IMG/VR virus record: IMGVR_UViG_3300035670_000067 | Span: 46,385 to 110,384 of that record | Length of the DNA stretch: 64,000 nt | Reading direction: 5' to 3' (one strand) | Origin: a virus | In this document: positions 1-10,747 of the stretch, piece after piece | How positions within the stretch are numbered: position 1 is the stretch's first letter | Layout of the letters: the number at the start of each line of letters is the position of its first letter | The notes under the pieces: model-generated | Databases searched by the model: none | The model's input: only the letters and a program-made list of their open reading frames with translations | What the model was told of the DNA's origin: nothing | Position numbers and translations under genes: made by a program

Positions 1-90
1 TTTTTGTTCAACTGCTAAACTGGATAAATCCCAGCAAAGACGTCTCTGATAATTGTGACACAATAATAGGATCTCTATTTTCATGTTACC

Positions 91-1668
91 TCACGGAGTT
101 AGATATTGTCTGAAGTTGTGTTTGACGATTCTTCGTTTGCCGCCAAGTCTTGTTATGACATACCATACAAGAGTGTCTTGGGAAGGTATTGGCATCTTAC
201 CGCCGCACATCCGCGCTAGATGCTTTGTGAAGGCTGTTTTTTCAATCGAGAAAAACGTACAAATTCTTTTGTGGCGATGCTTAGGCTGTTCTATCTTCAG
301 CCCACTAAATAGAGGCTTTGTCTTATTGAAGTCTGGCAGCTTGTCTGCCCACCAATCTAATAGATGAAGCCAGTGGATTCCATTTTTCTCATAAATCGGA
401 TCATGTTTAATCTTAGTGTATCCCCAAGGTGAAGCTGTCAAGGTTGCGTCCCACGCTTCTTCGGGAATTTCTATTTTATCACACTTTGGCGTCACATCGC
501 AATCCATCTTTATCCAATATCTAGTCTTTACATTTTTCGCAACACCGAAAACAAATGCGCTGAGCATATGCTCTTTGTCTGACAAATCTGAAGAGTTCGG
601 CCAAGTGATAACGCGAGTGCTGTTGTCTACTTCTGTAATAACAAAATCAATACATTTGCTGTCAGCAAATACAATCTTTTTCATATGTTTGATAGGTTCG
701 ACATTCTGCCAAAGTTTCCAATTCTTCAAGAAATGATGTAAATACTTATTATTGACTGCTGTTACTAATGTACAAAGATCCGCATTATTGTCTTTCTCTT
801 GCAACCACTTTTCTACTGAGCTATCGTGAAAGCAAGAATGCTCAATATCAATGAATCCATTCTCTCGCATCTCAGAATATGTCTTTTTCCAATATTCGCA
901 ATTCTTATATCTACCGACATGCTTGTGTCCATGATAATGTATAATCTTTGTATCTTTGGTGACTGTTCCAAATCTAACAGATTCGCCCCATTCTGTGCCA
1001 GCCAATCTATGCTCTACAAGAGGAAGCATTAGCTGACACGCTATTTCGTCAACTATTCTAGTCGTACAGCGCTTCTCATACCCGCGCTGACATATCTCAT
1101 TCCATTTTTCTAAGGCTGGATCACCACTAATCCAGCCATTGATGCCCGTGTTTATTGCCGCGCCATAGGCTAACGCGCCAGCTATTAATTCAGGGCAAGC
1201 CTTCTTCCAAGCGTTTATTCTACGTGAAATAGAACTACCAGTTGTTTTCCAATTCGCAAAATTCCCTGTAACAAATCCATTAGCTGCTATCATCATGAAA
1301 TATTCATCTATTGGATTCAAAACAAGTGTATCGGCATCCAGAAACATCACTAAATCAAAATTATTCACATAGCGATGTAATGTTGGCTTTATGCTCAGCG
1401 GATAATCATTAGATTCTGGCATATAAGCGGTGAAACACTTGAGCTCTTTCAATTTTGAAAGGAACCAGTCGTCCTGCAACCCCTGTAACAGAACAACTAT
1501 ACTTCCATTCCAAACCTTGCGCAATGAATAGATGCTAACAAGCATCCTCAAGCAGCATTTTGTTCCACGATTGAAATAGATTACTGTCTTACTGCATGTT
1601 AAAGAATCTAACATATTTTCTTCCATCAATAACTCGTTTAATGATGTTTCTTTGGTTGTAGCACTCAT
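91..1668 (-). CDS. two-domain glycosyltransferase (GT8-like N-terminal domain plus second GT-A-like domain)
   Basis: VMFLDADT DxD motif, INTG, DE and IIHYHG motifs typical of GT8; second domain has KMDCDV and SQDT. Confidence 0.7.
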   Translation of the reverse strand: MSATTKETSLNELLMEENMLDSLTCSKTVIYFNRGTKCCLRMLVSIYSLRKVWNGSIVVLLQGLQDDWFLSKLKELKCFTAYMPESNDYPLSIKPTLHRYVNNFDLVMFLDADTLVLNPIDEYFMMIAANGFVTGNFANWKTTGSSISRRINAWKKACPELIAGALAYGAAINTGINGWISGDPALEKWNEICQRGYEKRCTTRIVDEIACQLMLPLVEHRLAGTEWGESVRFGTVTKDTKIIHYHGHKHVGRYKNCEYWKKTYSEMRENGFIDIEHSCFHDSSVEKWLQEKDNNADLCTLVTAVNNKYLHHFLKNWKLWQNVEPIKHMKKIVFADSKCIDFVITEVDNSTRVITWPNSSDLSDKEHMLSAFVFGVAKNVKTRYWIKMDCDVTPKCDKIEIPEEAWDATLTASPWGYTKIKHDPIYEKNGIHWLHLLDWWADKLPDFNKTKPLFSGLKIEQPKHRHKRICTFFSIEKTAFTKHLARMCGGKMPIPSQDTLVWYVITRLGGKRRIVKHNFRQYLTP

Positions 1669-2434
1669 TTAACAATTCCTCTGCTGCCTCTTCATGCTCT
1701 AAATGTACCTTCAGTGTCTCTATAAATTTTTTCAACAAATCGAACTGCTCTTTGCTTATCCCAGTAACACACTCTTTCACTTCACCAAAATCAAATCTAA
1801 TTGGATCGCATCTTATTGAACTATCATTGTCGCCTATAAGATTCTGTATAACTAACACTAATTCCATCAATGATAAAGTGCTGATATCTGGGATTTTATT
1901 GCTCGTGACACAATCTATGAAATTATCTAACTCTGCAAATTTGATTCTTGTCAACGGATTATCTGTAACAATGTAAGATTTATTTATCAGCAATGATAGC
2001 GCGATATTGCACACCGTTGTATCAGTCCTCATTGATGAACAAAATCCATATAAGCTTGGAACATCAATTATATTTATTCTTGAACCGCTAATAGACGAGC
2101 AGTTGTTATGTTCTGATTTGAATAAAACAAATCGCTTGTATTTCTTGGATCTAATGATATCTAAACACTTTACATTCAATGCATGTAAATATCCTACGAA
2201 GTCTTGCTCTTTCCACAACTCTTCATAATCCAGTATAACACACCAATATATCGTGTCATACTCTTCTTTTATTTCGTAATTTAGAATATCACAGATTTCA
2301 AGATTTGCAACATCAATATCGTTGAATTTGTGGTATAGATTTATATCTACACCATCTACTTTTCTTAAATTGCCAATATTGGAAAATATCTTATATCCAA
2401 CATTCCCCAATGCTCCAATCACCAGATCTTTCAT
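1589..2434 (-). CDS. divergent NAD-dependent epimerase/dehydratase-like protein
   Basis: N-terminal GALGNVG Rossmann motif and LYGF..MRTD segment; no clear YxxxK; lies between two GTs. Confidence 0.4.
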   Translation of the reverse strand: MKDLVIGALGNVGYKIFSNIGNLRKVDGVDINLYHKFNDIDVANLEICDILNYEIKEEYDTIYWCVILDYEELWKEQDFVGYLHALNVKCLDIIRSKKYKRFVLFKSEHNNCSSISGSRINIIDVPSLYGFCSSMRTDTTVCNIALSLLINKSYIVTDNPLTRIKFAELDNFIDCVTSNKIPDISTLSLMELVLVIQNLIGDNDSSIRCDPIRFDFGEVKECVTGISKEQFDLLKKFIETLKVHLEHEEAAEELLNECYNQRNIIKRVIDGRKYVRFFNMQ

Positions 2435-3606
2435 AGTAGATTAAACACCTTTCTACATTCTATTTGATTAGCTTCGTAAAACAGTCTTGTGTTAATATCA
2501 TTAGCCATATTGGGATCATGCATTCTGGTGGCAGATTCTTCATGAATACCCATGGCTTCTGCGCAATACCAAATTGATACACCGCGCTTCTTAGCTCTAA
2601 AACAGAAATCAACATCATTGCAGTCACCATAGTATTGTTCATCTAATCCATTAAGCTCTTTGTACAGATCTACATTTATAAGGGCACAGGCGAAGGTGAC
2701 GGCATTTACCTCTCTGGTTGGATAAAAACACTTATCATGTTTTTTACCGCGTCCAACATGCTCAAACAAATTGTTTCCATCACCCATAATGATACCGGCA
2801 TGTTGATACCTAAAATCTGGATAATACAAGGAAGCGCCAACTATGCTCGCATTTTCTTCATGGCAAGCACAAAGCATCTCATTTATCCAATCAAAATGCT
2901 CCATCATATAGACATCATCGTTTAGAAGAAGAACGTACTTATATCTGCCTTCGATATGACGATGTATGATAGTATTATTCAAATGACTGAAATTAAACCT
3001 GCTTGTATTCTCAAACATATCAACAGAATAGCGCTGTCCGTACATTTCATTGTATCTCTTCAAAAAATCTTGATCGCCATAAAATCCAAGGTATGGCGTC
3101 CCACGCTTTATGCATCCCAGACATTTATCTAATCTTGTAGAATTGGAACTAAGAATTACAATTGCCACATCTTCATCTATATGTCTCGTGTGCGCATATC
3201 TGTCTCCGCAGAAACCAGATATTTTAGTTGCGTTTCTTCCTTCTATCGCATGCGAAAATTGTATTTCGTTCTGTACTATGCCACGATATTCTCTTATCAC
3301 TGATATTGTTGCTTTGCCCGCCAACACTGCCGCCACCATTGCACACCAAGACCTGTCTGAGAACATATTACGACGGGCTAAGACCACCACTGGCACACCA
3401 GCCCCGCCCCCCAGCCCCGCCCTACTTGTGAAAACGTTTACCGGGGTCTTTATACCATTCTTTTTCTTGTAATAATCGAAAACTATAATATCTGCCTTAG
3501 ACTGTTCAGCTATATAAAACAACTCTTGTTCTTTGTTTGACGTATCATAAATTCCGTCAGTCCTAACTAAAATTTCCCAGTCTTGATTGTGTGTTATCAT
3601 TTTCAT
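2431..3606 (-). CDS. glycosyltransferase family 2
   Basis: FNFSHLNN, LLLNDD, QHAG, AVTFAC, NDVDFC and HEESATR motifs. Confidence 0.85.
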   Translation of the reverse strand: MKMITHNQDWEILVRTDGIYDTSNKEQELFYIAEQSKADIIVFDYYKKKNGIKTPVNVFTSRAGLGGGAGVPVVVLARRNMFSDRSWCAMVAAVLAGKATISVIREYRGIVQNEIQFSHAIEGRNATKISGFCGDRYAHTRHIDEDVAIVILSSNSTRLDKCLGCIKRGTPYLGFYGDQDFLKRYNEMYGQRYSVDMFENTSRFNFSHLNNTIIHRHIEGRYKYVLLLNDDVYMMEHFDWINEMLCACHEENASIVGASLYYPDFRYQHAGIIMGDGNNLFEHVGRGKKHDKCFYPTREVNAVTFACALINVDLYKELNGLDEQYYGDCNDVDFCFRAKKRGVSIWYCAEAMGIHEESATRMHDPNMANDINTRLFYEANQIECRKVFNLL

Positions 3607-3633
3607 AAAAGAAATAACCTTATGGACGAAAAT

Positions 3634-3670
3634 AAAAAGGCCGGTGGATTTGATAATCCACCGGCCTTTT
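3634..3670 (-). terminator. intrinsic terminator after major capsid gene
   Basis: 16-bp stem aaaaggccggtggatt/aatccaccggcctttt with A/T tracts. Confidence 0.85.
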
Positions 3671-3681
3671 AGCGTGGTCGG

Positions 3682-4668
3682 TTAGAAGGAGACTGTCGTG
3701 CTCAGATTGTCGATCTCGCAGGTCATATCTGTCCGATTGAACTGGAAGGCGATACGCTCACTGGTAACGTACTTCCGCTGATCGGATTCGATGACTTTAT
3801 CAGATTCGAGTTTGATGCGCCGACGATCACCAATCTCGCAGGCTTCACGATGCATGACCACCGCGTGACCTGACGGAGCGTTAGCGAGTTCGTACACACG
3901 AACGCCATAGATGGTGGTCAGCATACCATCTGACTCACCAGCTGAGCCAAGACCAGTGATGAAGCTCGCCAGAGCCAGACCAGTCATGCTCGTGTTTTTG
4001 AAGTTGGTGTTTGACCGAATATTCGCAGCCTGATCGGGAGGAACGATGCAGATCAGACGGCTCTTGTTGCGACCATATTTCCCAAGGTTATAGATCGCGT
4101 TATTAACCATGTCTTCATCGAAGGCGGCACCACCGCCAGCGACTTCTGACGCACCAGATTCATTGGCAACGGTGAAGATACCGTCAAACGCAAGACGCGA
4201 ATCACGGATATACCAGTTGGCGGTTGTCGCGGACTCAGGCGTCGGCGCAGTAGCGGTGTGATCAACATCGCCCTGGAGGAACGCCAGTTCTTCCGCCTCA
4301 GCAATAGCATCGGCGAAGTCCTGCAGAACCTGAGCCACAACGTCAGGCTGAGAATCTTCGATAGCTTCTTCGTCAATCATGACGTAAGCCATCAGTTTCT
4401 TAGCCGTCCATGTGACTGAAGTCGCCGCATAGCTTGTCAGCGTAGCGGTCGTACCATCAGGAATATAGTACGCTGAACCGCCGCTAGTTCTCTTCGGCTT
4501 GGTCCATGTGCGCGAAGGCATGGTGAATGACGGGACCAGTCTACGAATCAGGTTGCGTTCGCGAACGAACTCGATCACCTGATTCGCCAGAGGCGTCGGA
4601 AGATAAGCACTGATGCTGGACCCAGAGGTCGCAACTGACAGTGCCTTGCGGATAAGCTCGACACTCAT
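3682..4668 (-). CDS. major capsid protein (HK97 fold)
   Basis: YLP..LA..VI, AKKLMAY...DEEAIEDS, AFLQGD motifs; follows portal and protease; biased codon usage. Confidence 0.9.
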   Translation of the reverse strand: MSVELIRKALSVATSGSSISAYLPTPLANQVIEFVRERNLIRRLVPSFTMPSRTWTKPKRTSGGSAYYIPDGTTATLTSYAATSVTWTAKKLMAYVMIDEEAIEDSQPDVVAQVLQDFADAIAEAEELAFLQGDVDHTATAPTPESATTANWYIRDSRLAFDGIFTVANESGASEVAGGGAAFDEDMVNNAIYNLGKYGRNKSRLICIVPPDQAANIRSNTNFKNTSMTGLALASFITGLGSAGESDGMLTTIYGVRVYELANAPSGHAVVMHREACEIGDRRRIKLESDKVIESDQRKYVTSERIAFQFNRTDMTCEIDNLSTTVSF

Positions 4669-4689
4669 TGTTTTTATTCCTTGTCTTTG

Positions 4690-5796
4690 TTACTTCTGGG
4701 TCGTTGACGCTAACAGAAGACCAAAGTAAACACTGGTCGCTTTACTCTGCTCTTCCTTGCTTAACGCCGCAAACTCATCAGGATTGCCCTTCAGAGCATT
4801 GCCGTCGCCAAGCAGATGGAGAACGTATTTGACAGTTTCGGGATCCGAAGCGTCCTTGAGAACTTTCTTGATCTTATTAGGATCGGGCTGTTCTGAGGAC
4901 TGTTCGCTTTTCTTGCCAAGCTGGGCGGTGAGAGCGGCAACGCTCTTAACCAGTTCAGCCATGACAGGATTTTCTGTCTCAAATTTCTTCTGCGCAGCGG
5001 CTTTCGCAGCATCCGCTTCCTGTTTCAGTTCTTCAGCTGTCTTGGCTTTCTGAGACAGAGCAGTGATCGCATCAGCAAGCTGTTTCTGCGAAGCAGCAAC
5101 AGTATCCACAAGCGCTTTCATCGCAGCAACAGAATCAGCAACAGGCTTAATCTGTTCTGCGACCATTGTCTTCGCCTTTTCCTCAGAAACGCCACTCGGC
5201 GTCGGCTGAGGAACTTTATCGGTCTTGGTGGCCATATGTTTCTCCTTGTTAGAGATCTTGTTTTGCAGTGATTTCCCGGTTGCTTCTAAAATAGAAGCTG
5301 CGGGATTTGCTGGTAAACCTACAACGCTAACTTCAAAAAGTTCCATTTCTTTGATTCTATACTCAGTAATACTTCCTGTGTCAGGATCTTCCACCCTTTC
5401 CACTCTCTTTACACGCAATCTGATGGACATTGAATTTAGAATACCTTCTTTAATTTTAGTCCAGATATCATCAACATCATTTGCCTTGCTAAACTTCACG
5501 GTAACGATAAGACCTTTATCGTCCACCTCGGTCTTCACAACCTTGCCAACCGGCTTGTCTGTGTCGTGATTGAAGAATACCGTGTTGGCACCGGGCTGTA
5601 ATAGATCTTTTTCAGATTTCTTCCAAGCTTCGAGTGTAATGACGTCACGAACACGATCTTTGACAATAGTACCAGCATATCCAACAAGAATTCTATCACC
5701 ACCCTTTTCACTCACACCCTTTATCTTAAAAAGACTGTCAATAGCTTTATTCACGTCTTTTTCAACAGATTTCTTGATCTTCATTTTCTTTTCCAT
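4690..5796 (-). CDS. HK97-type prohead protease with C-terminal scaffold region
   Basis: GYA, FFNHD, SMSI and LFEVSVVGLPANP motifs; Ala/Lys-rich coiled-coil C-terminal half. Confidence 0.9.
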   Translation of the reverse strand: MEKKMKIKKSVEKDVNKAIDSLFKIKGVSEKGGDRILVGYAGTIVKDRVRDVITLEAWKKSEKDLLQPGANTVFFNHDTDKPVGKVVKTEVDDKGLIVTVKFSKANDVDDIWTKIKEGILNSMSIRLRVKRVERVEDPDTGSITEYRIKEMELFEVSVVGLPANPAASILEATGKSLQNKISNKEKHMATKTDKVPQPTPSGVSEEKAKTMVAEQIKPVADSVAAMKALVDTVAASQKQLADAITALSQKAKTAEELKQEADAAKAAAQKKFETENPVMAELVKSVAALTAQLGKKSEQSSEQPDPNKIKKVLKDASDPETVKYVLHLLGDGNALKGNPDEFAALSKEEQSKATSVYFGLLLASTTQK

Positions 5797-7358
5797 TACT
5801 CGCCTAAGAGGTATAGATTGCGATAGTGGTTACTTACTTTGACTTCCTTCAAAAGCATATCAATCATAGTAGCTAATTTTTCTTGATTCCCGTCAAAATG
5901 CTTTTCACAAATCTTTAATGTCTGAATAAATCCGTATATGAGTTGTTTTTCTTCATCAGTAAAGGTGGACATAATGGTGTCATTAAAAACATTGTCTGTA
6001 TTTAGACGCTCTTTTGCACACTTCACAATCAGAGATAAAGCAGAATCAACAATATCCTTCTTGGGTTTCTGCTGAGTCTGTTGACCACTACCCTGTCTGG
6101 AAGGCGGCACTATTCTGCCAGATGGATCAACTTGCCCACCGCCAGGAAGAATATTAATCGGCGTATCACCCCATGGAACTTTAGACATACCCTTCTTAGC
6201 GCGTCTTTCATTAATGACTATAACGCCATTTCTAAGATCGTCACTATCTATTCTCCCTTCTGTCTCTGCATCTTCAAGATCGATAGCGCCAAACTCTAAC
6301 TTTAGATCCATAAAACCAAAACCGTCTTCTATGATCTCTTTTGTATAAGCGTAAGCTTCTTTATTCAATATAGGTTTTAGCGCACCATTCTTATAAATGC
6401 GAACTTGTTCTGCAGAATTCAATTTGCCGGTAGTCTCATCAACTATACCCATGATGAATGGCTGCATCTTGAAAACAGCAAAAATTCTATTTCTTATTTC
6501 CTTGCCATATTCAGAGAATTCCATATCTTTATTATTGAGCGCTATTCTAACCCAACTCAGCTTATCACTATTCGTAATAAATGTCCTATGTGAATTACTT
6601 GCCCCCTTAAACTTAGATTCCCAGTATTCTCTGAATTTCTTTAATTCTGTTCTGCTTAATCCAGGAACAGTCAAAACACCGCGAGCCTCTGCGCCATTGA
6701 TAAAATTGTTCGAATTGTAATTAGCTCTGAGCAGATCTGTTGCCACACTATTCGCGACAACGTCTATTGGCTTTAATCCGTATGGTGTAGAACTCATGGG
6801 CAAGATGTTCAGAAGAATTATTTCGTCCTTATCAAACTTAGGCGAATCTTCTGTAACGATCCCATTAGAAGTCTGTATGTAAGTATTCTTTTCGTAAAGA
6901 TTACCACTTTTGTCTGTTCTTATTTTGATCGAAGCAGATTTTATCGCATAAATTTCTCTAAGAAGTTTCTGCCGCTTAACCTTTTCTATTGTACCGTATC
7001 CCCATATCAGAAGATCACGTAAGAACTTTTCTCTTATTTCTCTAAACGACTCTTTGTTTAGATTGGGGTCGTTCAAGAATTCTGTGACGACTTCTATACG
7101 GCTCTTTACTTTACCATCTATCTTTTGGTCTTTGTCCTTAGGCACTATTGACCAATTTGTCTGTGTGCAATCGTCAACTATTCTGTTGATCGTAGCAAAC
7201 AGCCATTCATTCGCATGATATAATTCAAAGGCGTCACTATTACTTACTCTGATGAACATTTCTTGGATAGGTGCGCCACTACGCACAAACCCATCTATTT
7301 CGCCAGATGCATCTTTTATAATCAGCCCGGTCGCTTCTGATAACGTCAGTCTTTTCAT
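5796..7358 (-). CDS. portal protein
   Basis: DLLIWGYG, YGLKPI, KDMEF and INERR..G...VPWGD motifs; between terminase and protease. Confidence 0.9.
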   Translation of the reverse strand: MKRLTLSEATGLIIKDASGEIDGFVRSGAPIQEMFIRVSNSDAFELYHANEWLFATINRIVDDCTQTNWSIVPKDKDQKIDGKVKSRIEVVTEFLNDPNLNKESFREIREKFLRDLLIWGYGTIEKVKRQKLLREIYAIKSASIKIRTDKSGNLYEKNTYIQTSNGIVTEDSPKFDKDEIILLNILPMSSTPYGLKPIDVVANSVATDLLRANYNSNNFINGAEARGVLTVPGLSRTELKKFREYWESKFKGASNSHRTFITNSDKLSWVRIALNNKDMEFSEYGKEIRNRIFAVFKMQPFIMGIVDETTGKLNSAEQVRIYKNGALKPILNKEAYAYTKEIIEDGFGFMDLKLEFGAIDLEDAETEGRIDSDDLRNGVIVINERRAKKGMSKVPWGDTPINILPGGGQVDPSGRIVPPSRQGSGQQTQQKPKKDIVDSALSLIVKCAKERLNTDNVFNDTIMSTFTDEEKQLIYGFIQTLKICEKHFDGNQEKLATMIDMLLKEVKVSNHYRNLYLLGE

Positions 7359-7386
7359 CTACAAGTCTCCATAGAGCCTATATCTG

Positions 7387-9663
7387 TCAATCAATCCCAC
7401 TAATATTCACATCACTAAATTCAATGGCAACTTGTGAAGTCTGGTTTATTTCGCAATTATAAACTGATCCGAAAATACTATCTATAACGTCTTTCCCATA
7501 ACCGGTAGGATGATCAACTTTGTTGCCCTTCAAATATTTCAAATGTCTGGATTCTCTTGCGAAAATATAATCATAAGGATATTCAACTCTATTTTCAACA
7601 AAACAATTCTTTGCTTTTACTGGAACTTCATCTGTTCTGTCAAGCGAAAGTAAATCTGTATCTATACCTCTATCTTCAAGCGATTGCTTGAACATGTGAG
7701 AGTTGTAACTGTCTGCTGTTATCTTGGCAATCTTGAATCCGCGCTTCAATAATGCCATGACAATATATTGCAAGATTCCGGTATAGTATATCTCACCATT
7801 TTTCAGCAATCGCACATCAACTTTATCAGATGGATCTATCCATCCTATGAAATCAAGTTTGATTAGTGGCTTATCTTGCCACATTTCATCATCATCTACA
7901 TCTTTAGGCTTTTCTTCTTTTGACAGATCTTCAGTCAACGGATCTGGCTCATTCATCGCTTTAGAAAACTCTTTGTTTTCGAGCGGATCGACTCTAACCT
8001 TGACCCAGCCAACGCAATGAGTTAGTGAAAATGCGGTTTTATCCTTATTCTTCGATAAGTCGAAGTGCATATAGTAATCTGCTTCTATATCAGGAGTAAA
8101 CCAGTCAGCAAACGCACCATTCCCACGATATGGATTAGCAGTACAATTTTCATATTCTCTGCAAGCATACTTATTCTGTGTCAATGCTCTTTTCTGATAA
8201 ACCGGACACTGCCTGCATGTCTCGCAAACATTCTTATCGACAAATTCTGGGTCTCCCCAAAATGTCTCTATAACACCCATCGGCACAGCACCGAAATCTC
8301 GCATAGTCCTGCGATAATCTCGTTCAAGCTGCTGCTTAAAATCGTCTTTTGTCAACTTAGGATGTATTTCCCAAGTTGCCTTCTGAACAGCGTATGCGCT
8401 TTTGTTCGTTTCAGAGATTCTTTTTAATTCATAGAACTTATGCATCACGAAGTCGTCGTCATACCGCGGTGTCGTAATTCCGATCATTTTATAATGTTCT
8501 GGAAATCTAGTCTTGCACGAACCAAATGCTGCTTCCCAACATTCTTCCGCCTTTGATTCTCCAGAGTCATCGTCTGTTCCTCCAGAAGAAGCCAAGAAGA
8601 ATGCTATTTCGTCACCAACCCATTGAAGAGTGTTGTACCCAAGCCACCCAAAGGCTTGGGAGTTGCCGCTCAACGCAACCAAATTCTTTTGAAAGAAAAC
8701 TGCTTGAACACTCGGGGTGTCATATTTCTTTTCAAACCAAGCACAATTCTGCAAATGACCAAGAAATTCTTTGAAGAATACGTTCTTTGCTTGATTTTCG
8801 TTTCTTGCAACGTTGATGAAATATATGGGAGATCCCGGTGAAAGACCATAATATGACTGTGGGCTATACATGCACAAGCAACGATATATTCCATAAAGGT
8901 GTATAATACTAGAGATGAAGTCTTTACCACTATTTTCAGGATATAATCCATTAGCGCAATAATTGTGATATGGATGGTCGCAGATTATATCATAGACCAA
9001 TTCTGTTTTTCTAGGTTGGATGGATTCTAGACTAACCCAATGTATATTCGCAATGTGTTTATGTCGAGCTTCTGCAATTTCTGTCGGATTAATCGTCGGC
9101 GACAAAAATGTTCGCGGTGCCGCCATATAATCTCCAATAGACATCTTAGATATCGGAATTTTTCCCTTTCCTACAACATCTATGTTATGTTCATCTGTTG
9201 CATCGAGATACATCCCATTAGAAAACGTGTATCTCTTTGTTTTTTGTAATCCTCTGGCAACGCACAACCCCTTATTCCAAATTTCTTTATTATTTTCATC
9301 TCTGCTCTGGACAATAACCATTTGCCCGCACAACGATGACATTTTTCTAGGGCCACCATTTGTCCAAATTATTGTTTCTCCAGAAAGACAACCTTTTCCT
9401 AATAATAACAAAGCCTCACGCACTTCAGGTTTTGTAACTTCTACAGCAATTTCCATAATTTTAGGACGACAACCGCGACCAGTTCTAGGATTGAATTTAC
9501 AATTTAGATATTCTTTACTCTCTATAAATTCTACGATGTCTACAGGCTGTGTTTCCCAAATATCTTCTGGCGATGTCCCTATAGAGTGCGCCAAATATTT
9601 GAATGGATCAGCAACAAATTGATTTTCGTGTCCTCTTGAAATCTTGCGTGATTGTGCTGGCAT
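7387..9663 (-). CDS. terL: terminase large subunit, intein-containing
   Basis: Walker A GKG|SGKD split by an intein, Walker B VGDE, ITT motif, nuclease HFDLS...D and KDVIDS. Confidence 0.9.
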   Translation of the reverse strand: MPAQSRKISRGHENQFVADPFKYLAHSIGTSPEDIWETQPVDIVEFIESKEYLNCKFNPRTGRGCRPKIMEIAVEVTKPEVREALLLLGKGCLSGETIIWTNGGPRKMSSLCGQMVIVQSRDENNKEIWNKGLCVARGLQKTKRYTFSNGMYLDATDEHNIDVVGKGKIPISKMSIGDYMAAPRTFLSPTINPTEIAEARHKHIANIHWVSLESIQPRKTELVYDIICDHPYHNYCANGLYPENSGKDFISSIIHLYGIYRCLCMYSPQSYYGLSPGSPIYFINVARNENQAKNVFFKEFLGHLQNCAWFEKKYDTPSVQAVFFQKNLVALSGNSQAFGWLGYNTLQWVGDEIAFFLASSGGTDDDSGESKAEECWEAAFGSCKTRFPEHYKMIGITTPRYDDDFVMHKFYELKRISETNKSAYAVQKATWEIHPKLTKDDFKQQLERDYRRTMRDFGAVPMGVIETFWGDPEFVDKNVCETCRQCPVYQKRALTQNKYACREYENCTANPYRGNGAFADWFTPDIEADYYMHFDLSKNKDKTAFSLTHCVGWVKVRVDPLENKEFSKAMNEPDPLTEDLSKEEKPKDVDDDEMWQDKPLIKLDFIGWIDPSDKVDVRLLKNGEIYYTGILQYIVMALLKRGFKIAKITADSYNSHMFKQSLEDRGIDTDLLSLDRTDEVPVKAKNCFVENRVEYPYDYIFARESRHLKYLKGNKVDHPTGYGKDVIDSIFGSVYNCEINQTSQVAIEFSDVNISGID
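8932..9390 (-). mobile_element. mini-intein (153 aa, no homing endonuclease) in TerL P-loop
   Basis: Block A CLSGET, block B ATDEH, block F VYDI...HNY.ANG, terminal N followed by S+1; removal restores LGKGSGKD. Confidence 0.9.
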
Positions 9664-9893
9664 TAGAACTTACCAAATGTCACGATATTGTTTAAGAACA
9701 AACGATAAACAAACGATCCCTTCATACCCAATAATTCTTTGTCGATCTGCACACGCAAATCAGCAAATGGTACAGAAATCAATTTCATTCTATATATTCT
9801 CAACTTTTTACTACGCAGCGATTCATCTACTTCATTAGAAGACATATACTTGAAATATAATCTGAGATATTTTCTAAGTTTTGACATCTTCAT
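9663..9893 (-). CDS. hypothetical protein
   Basis: 76-aa ORF translationally coupled to terL. Confidence 0.5.
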   Translation of the reverse strand: MKMSKLRKYLRLYFKYMSSNEVDESLRSKKLRIYRMKLISVPFADLRVQIDKELLGMKGSFVYRLFLNNIVTFGKF

Positions 9894-10701
9894 GTGACAC
9901 TTCTATCACTTTGCCAACGCCAGAAGTAGTTTTGACACTAGCTTCCATAAGTCCTCTGCGTATTGCAGATTGGACTTCTGTATCCTTAACATGTAATCCT
10001 ATCAGCTCAACTATAGTTCTAAGAATAATCTTGAATCCGTCAGGCGTCAAGAAAAAGTCTGATTTTCTTTCGACTTTATCTATTCTCTCTATTGACTTGC
10101 CTATTGAGTCAACCAATCTGGATATTCTATCTATTACCTGCCCATCAGTAAGTGAAGTTTCATTATCCACAATTTCTTTGATCAGAAAGAATTTCTCACC
10201 ATTTCCCAAATGCTCTGCGGATAACGTCTCTTCTATGGCCTTAAGAAGTTTGTTGGGATTCTTTACTGGCTTATGCCTACTGAACCTATCTATGTATTGC
10301 GTAAGCATAACGCGCAGTGTGGCTAATTCTTTCTTGTGATCCAAAATATCTGGATCATTAATGAAAACAGTTAACACATCTGCCAATTGTTCGGTATACA
10401 CACCCTTATACTTATCTAAGGCGGATGCAGTCCCGCTAACTAAGGCTCTCGTATTTGCTCCACCATGGAATCTACAATATAAACTTCCATCAGATGCTGC
10501 TCTTTTACATCTAACTTTAGGCAGATCATATAACTTTTTATTCTCTTCGTCTCGCTGATGCTTCATCCTAAAGCATCGCAACTTGCCACCCTTTACTCTA
10601 TGTTCAATGGGAATATCTTCACCAGACATCCCTATAAGATGCCCGTGTTCTTTATAAAGTTGGCGTCTTGCCTTCTTTTCTTTTGCAAAGTCTCTGGTCA
10701 T
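9874..10701 (-). CDS. putative terminase small subunit (HGG-motif protein)
   Basis: C..CRFHGG motif, helical body, position upstream of terL. Confidence 0.55.
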   Translation of the reverse strand: MTRDFAKEKKARRQLYKEHGHLIGMSGEDIPIEHRVKGGKLRCFRMKHQRDEENKKLYDLPKVRCKRAASDGSLYCRFHGGANTRALVSGTASALDKYKGVYTEQLADVLTVFINDPDILDHKKELATLRVMLTQYIDRFSRHKPVKNPNKLLKAIEETLSAEHLGNGEKFFLIKEIVDNETSLTDGQVIDRISRLVDSIGKSIERIDKVERKSDFFLTPDGFKIILRTIVELIGLHVKDTEVQSAIRRGLMEASVKTTSGVGKVIEVSHEDVKT

Positions 10702-10747
10702 GTTTCTTTCCGTCTAATAGAAAGAATAACCAGCTGGAACAATCTAA

